Shown here: positions 61,258-64,000 of the stretch, in pieces
Layout: every line of letters starts with the position of its first letter
Numbering within the stretch: the stretch's first letter is position 1
From: Malacoraja senta
Lineage: Eukaryota
Assembly: GCA_038087875.1 (NCBI GenBank)
Contig: CM075999.1
Location: 4,342,001-4,406,000, forward strand
DNA: 64,000 nt
Direction of reading: 5' to 3'
Position numbers and translations under genes: made by a program
Notes under the pieces: generated by a model
The model's input: only the letters and a program-made list of their open reading frames with translations
Told to the model about the DNA's origin: nothing
Database searches by the model: none

Positions 61258-61642
61258 GGGATTGATGCACATTATATTTAGCAAGACTCTCTCACAGAGA
61301 ATATTCAATTGGTTTAACTGACTTGTATCTCCGAAGAAACAATGCAAACACTGCAGCATCCAGGGGCAAGCCTTTAAATACGTATTGTACACAACAGTCT
61401 GCGTTACTCAGTCAAGTAGAAATGCAGACAAAGCACGTTACTCAAATGGTTGCAAAATGGGACATTAGGCTTGTGGGGGAGAAGCAAACATTTTTTTTTT
61501 AAAAAGGTCCTTACTGGAGGACATACTTTTATCCAAACTCCTGCATTTGGAGATGGTAGTTACATACCAACAGCTTCTCCCAAAACATCATTAGCAGAAT
61601 AGCATGTTTGTATAGAAAAAAGTGTTTGAAAGCAAGAAGCAA

Positions 61643-61738
<96 letters not shown>

Positions 61739-62869
61739 CTAAAATTATGAAAGCAGTAATACAAAGTCTCAAAATGTCCCCAACTAAATCAACACATTGC
61801 TGGGAAAAACATCTACTTTTTTCCAGTTTGCCGTGAGACTTAAACTGTCAGAAGGACAGACCCAATAGTCAACGAGGAAATGATTTTGTCCAGTATCGCC
61901 AAGCCGTGCCCTAAGTAGCACCACGTCCTCCACTACGTTGCTATACTCCTGATGGTCTCCTGTTTTCAGTTACTTATTACTGCCACGATTCCCTAATTAC
62001 CTTTATCGAGCACTTGATATTCTTTGATATCCAGTATTACCTGGACTTGCCATCCTTCCTTTTCATCATGAAGGGAACAGGCTGGCTCGGAAATCTCATG
62101 GTCTCACTTCTGAATGGCTCCCACTTGTCGGAATGACATTTATTTTAACCCATGTCTACCAGCTTCTGTAATAACATTGAAATAGGTCTTTCCCCAATTC
62201 AGGACTATCCTTATTCCTCTCCATTACTACATTGAAACTTAGTTATCTATGAAATGCTTCACCTGCTTGTCCAGCATCATTTAGATGCGATTGACCCTAA
62301 TTCCTATGATGCTGGTATGATTCCAGAACTTAACCTCACTGTACAAAATGACCTAGAAACATAGAAAATAGGTGCAGGAGAAGGCCATTCGAGCCATTCA
62401 ATATGATCATGGCTGATCATCCAAAATCCGTTCCTGCTTTTTCCCCATCTTCTATTGCTTAATTTACTGTGAAAAATGCTTGTGCTTGACAGGCAGGAGA
62501 TGCACGTATCAGGTGTATTAGCAGTTTGTGTTTTTGGCAAACAGAACTCCCACTTGTATAATAATCATTTTATTTGCTTTAACGTCAAGGAGAGCCTTCC
62601 CTTTTGAATGGGATCGTCATTTCAGTGAGAAACATGATCATTGCACACTAGTTTAGTTTATTGTCACGTGTATTGAGGTACAGTGAAAAACTAATTCTGG
62701 GATTCAATCCAATGAACTGGTTTTATGGATTTATCAACACAAAACAAAAACCTGCTCATGGACCTTCGTCAGGAACTGGGGCCGAGTTATTCCCAGTCCA
62801 GAGTTGTGAAGGGTGGAGAGGGGGCCAGACTCGACAAGGATAAGGTGAAGGCTTCAGCAACAGGACGCA

Positions 62870-63570
62870 GTTCATGTTCCTGTCCAATTGTCTTTTAAAC
62901 ATCTCCATTGCACCCACCACGACACAACATCCTTTGTGTGAAGACATTTCCTGTCAAGTCTCTTTTAAATCTTTCACCTCCCACCTTAAATCTCTGCCGT
63001 CTAGTTTTGGATACACCTACTCCTAGAAAAATACTATGATCATTCACCTTATCTCTGCTTCTAATGATTTTATAAACCTCCATAAGGTCATCCCTCAGTC
63101 TCCCACACTCCAGGGAAAAATGTCCCAGCCTCTCCCCATAACAAGCCATATAGTCCTGATAACATCCTCGTGAATCTTTTCTACACCCTTTCCAGCTTAA
63201 CAACATCCCTCCTACAGCAGGGCATCCAGAAAGGCACACTGAACCCCAAATGTGGTCCCACTAATGCCTTATACAGCTGTAGAACGACACTCCATCTCCC
63301 ATACTCGGCAAGAGTGCTAAACGCCTATTTCATCACCTTGTGTCGCCACTTTCAGGGAATTGTGCACCTGTACTCGTAGATATCTCTGCTCTACAACACT
63401 CTTCAGTGCTCTACCATTTACTCATTTACTATGTAATCCTTATCCTGTTTTGACTTACCAAAATGCATCACCTCACACTTAAATTCCATTTGCCATTCCT
63501 TGGCCCACTTCCCCAATTGATCCAGATCCTTTCGTAAACTTAAAAGGCGTTCCCCACTACAACACCAATT
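62870..63570 (-). mobile_element. Old decayed CR1 fragment (a similar one lies at 58250-58800)
   Basis: DLDQLGKWAKEWQMEF..CEVMHFG and RLRDDLMEVYKII remnants. Confidence 0.8.
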
Positions 63571-63895
63571 TATATGTGCGTGCATATACATGGTTAATAA
63601 ATTTGTATACATTTCTATAAATTTAGCATGCAAATTTACTAACCATGTATCCATTAAAAGTAGGATTAAAAAGCAACGACAAAAAGGTTCTCACCCAAAA
63701 AGCAGATGGTGTAGAAGTTGCTGCCTGAAAAACTCATCATATTTAAAAAACCCACATGAGCAGCTAAAGAGATACATCCTGGTAGGTGACAGCCCAAGAA
63801 TCAATAAGTAGGACTGGGGCAAGGCTAGTGGGTGATCAGTAACAAAATGGCCACATACTGCGCTCGTGACTTAAGATTTTTTAGATTCAGGTGTT

Positions 63896-64000
63896 TTTAT
63901 TTTAGTTTTAGAGATACAGTCCAGAAACAAGTCCTTCGGCCCATCGAGTTCACACCAACCAGTGATCCCCGCACATTAACACTATCCTACACATACTAGG
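63896..64000 (-). mobile_element. V-SINE (HE1-like) 3' end
   Basis: Reverse-complement homolog of 17430-17537. Confidence 0.7.

Overview
Vertebrate genomic DNA, most likely from a cartilaginous fish such as a skate or ray (inferred from the CR1, V-SINE and Penelope repeat content). Parts of three host genes are recognisable, in the same order and orientation as human 1p35: a first coding exon of KIAA1522/NHSL3 (-, ~11.4 kb), syncoilin SYNC (+, ~44.5-57 kb) and the last exon of RBBP4 (-, ~61.7 kb). Most of the rest is transposable-element DNA. It includes at least three CR1 LINE families and two complete but decayed Ty3/Gypsy elements with both LTRs and TSDs. The first Gypsy element carries 2 CR1 copies and a Tx1 LINE; the second is CsRn1-like and carries a MITE and a CR1. 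There is also an L1 3' end, Penelope remnants with hammerhead-like cores, V-SINEs and several minisatellites. The most unusual observations are: (1) an L1 insertion whose target site folded back to make a perfect 81-bp hairpin; (2) 32-bp and 41-bp hAT-type micro-transposons with 8-bp TSDs; (3) a structured non-coding retroposon family with a variable GC-rich core clamped by a conserved long-range stem; (4) further locally templated inverted duplications. All gene and family assignments come from recalled protein motifs and were not checked by database search.
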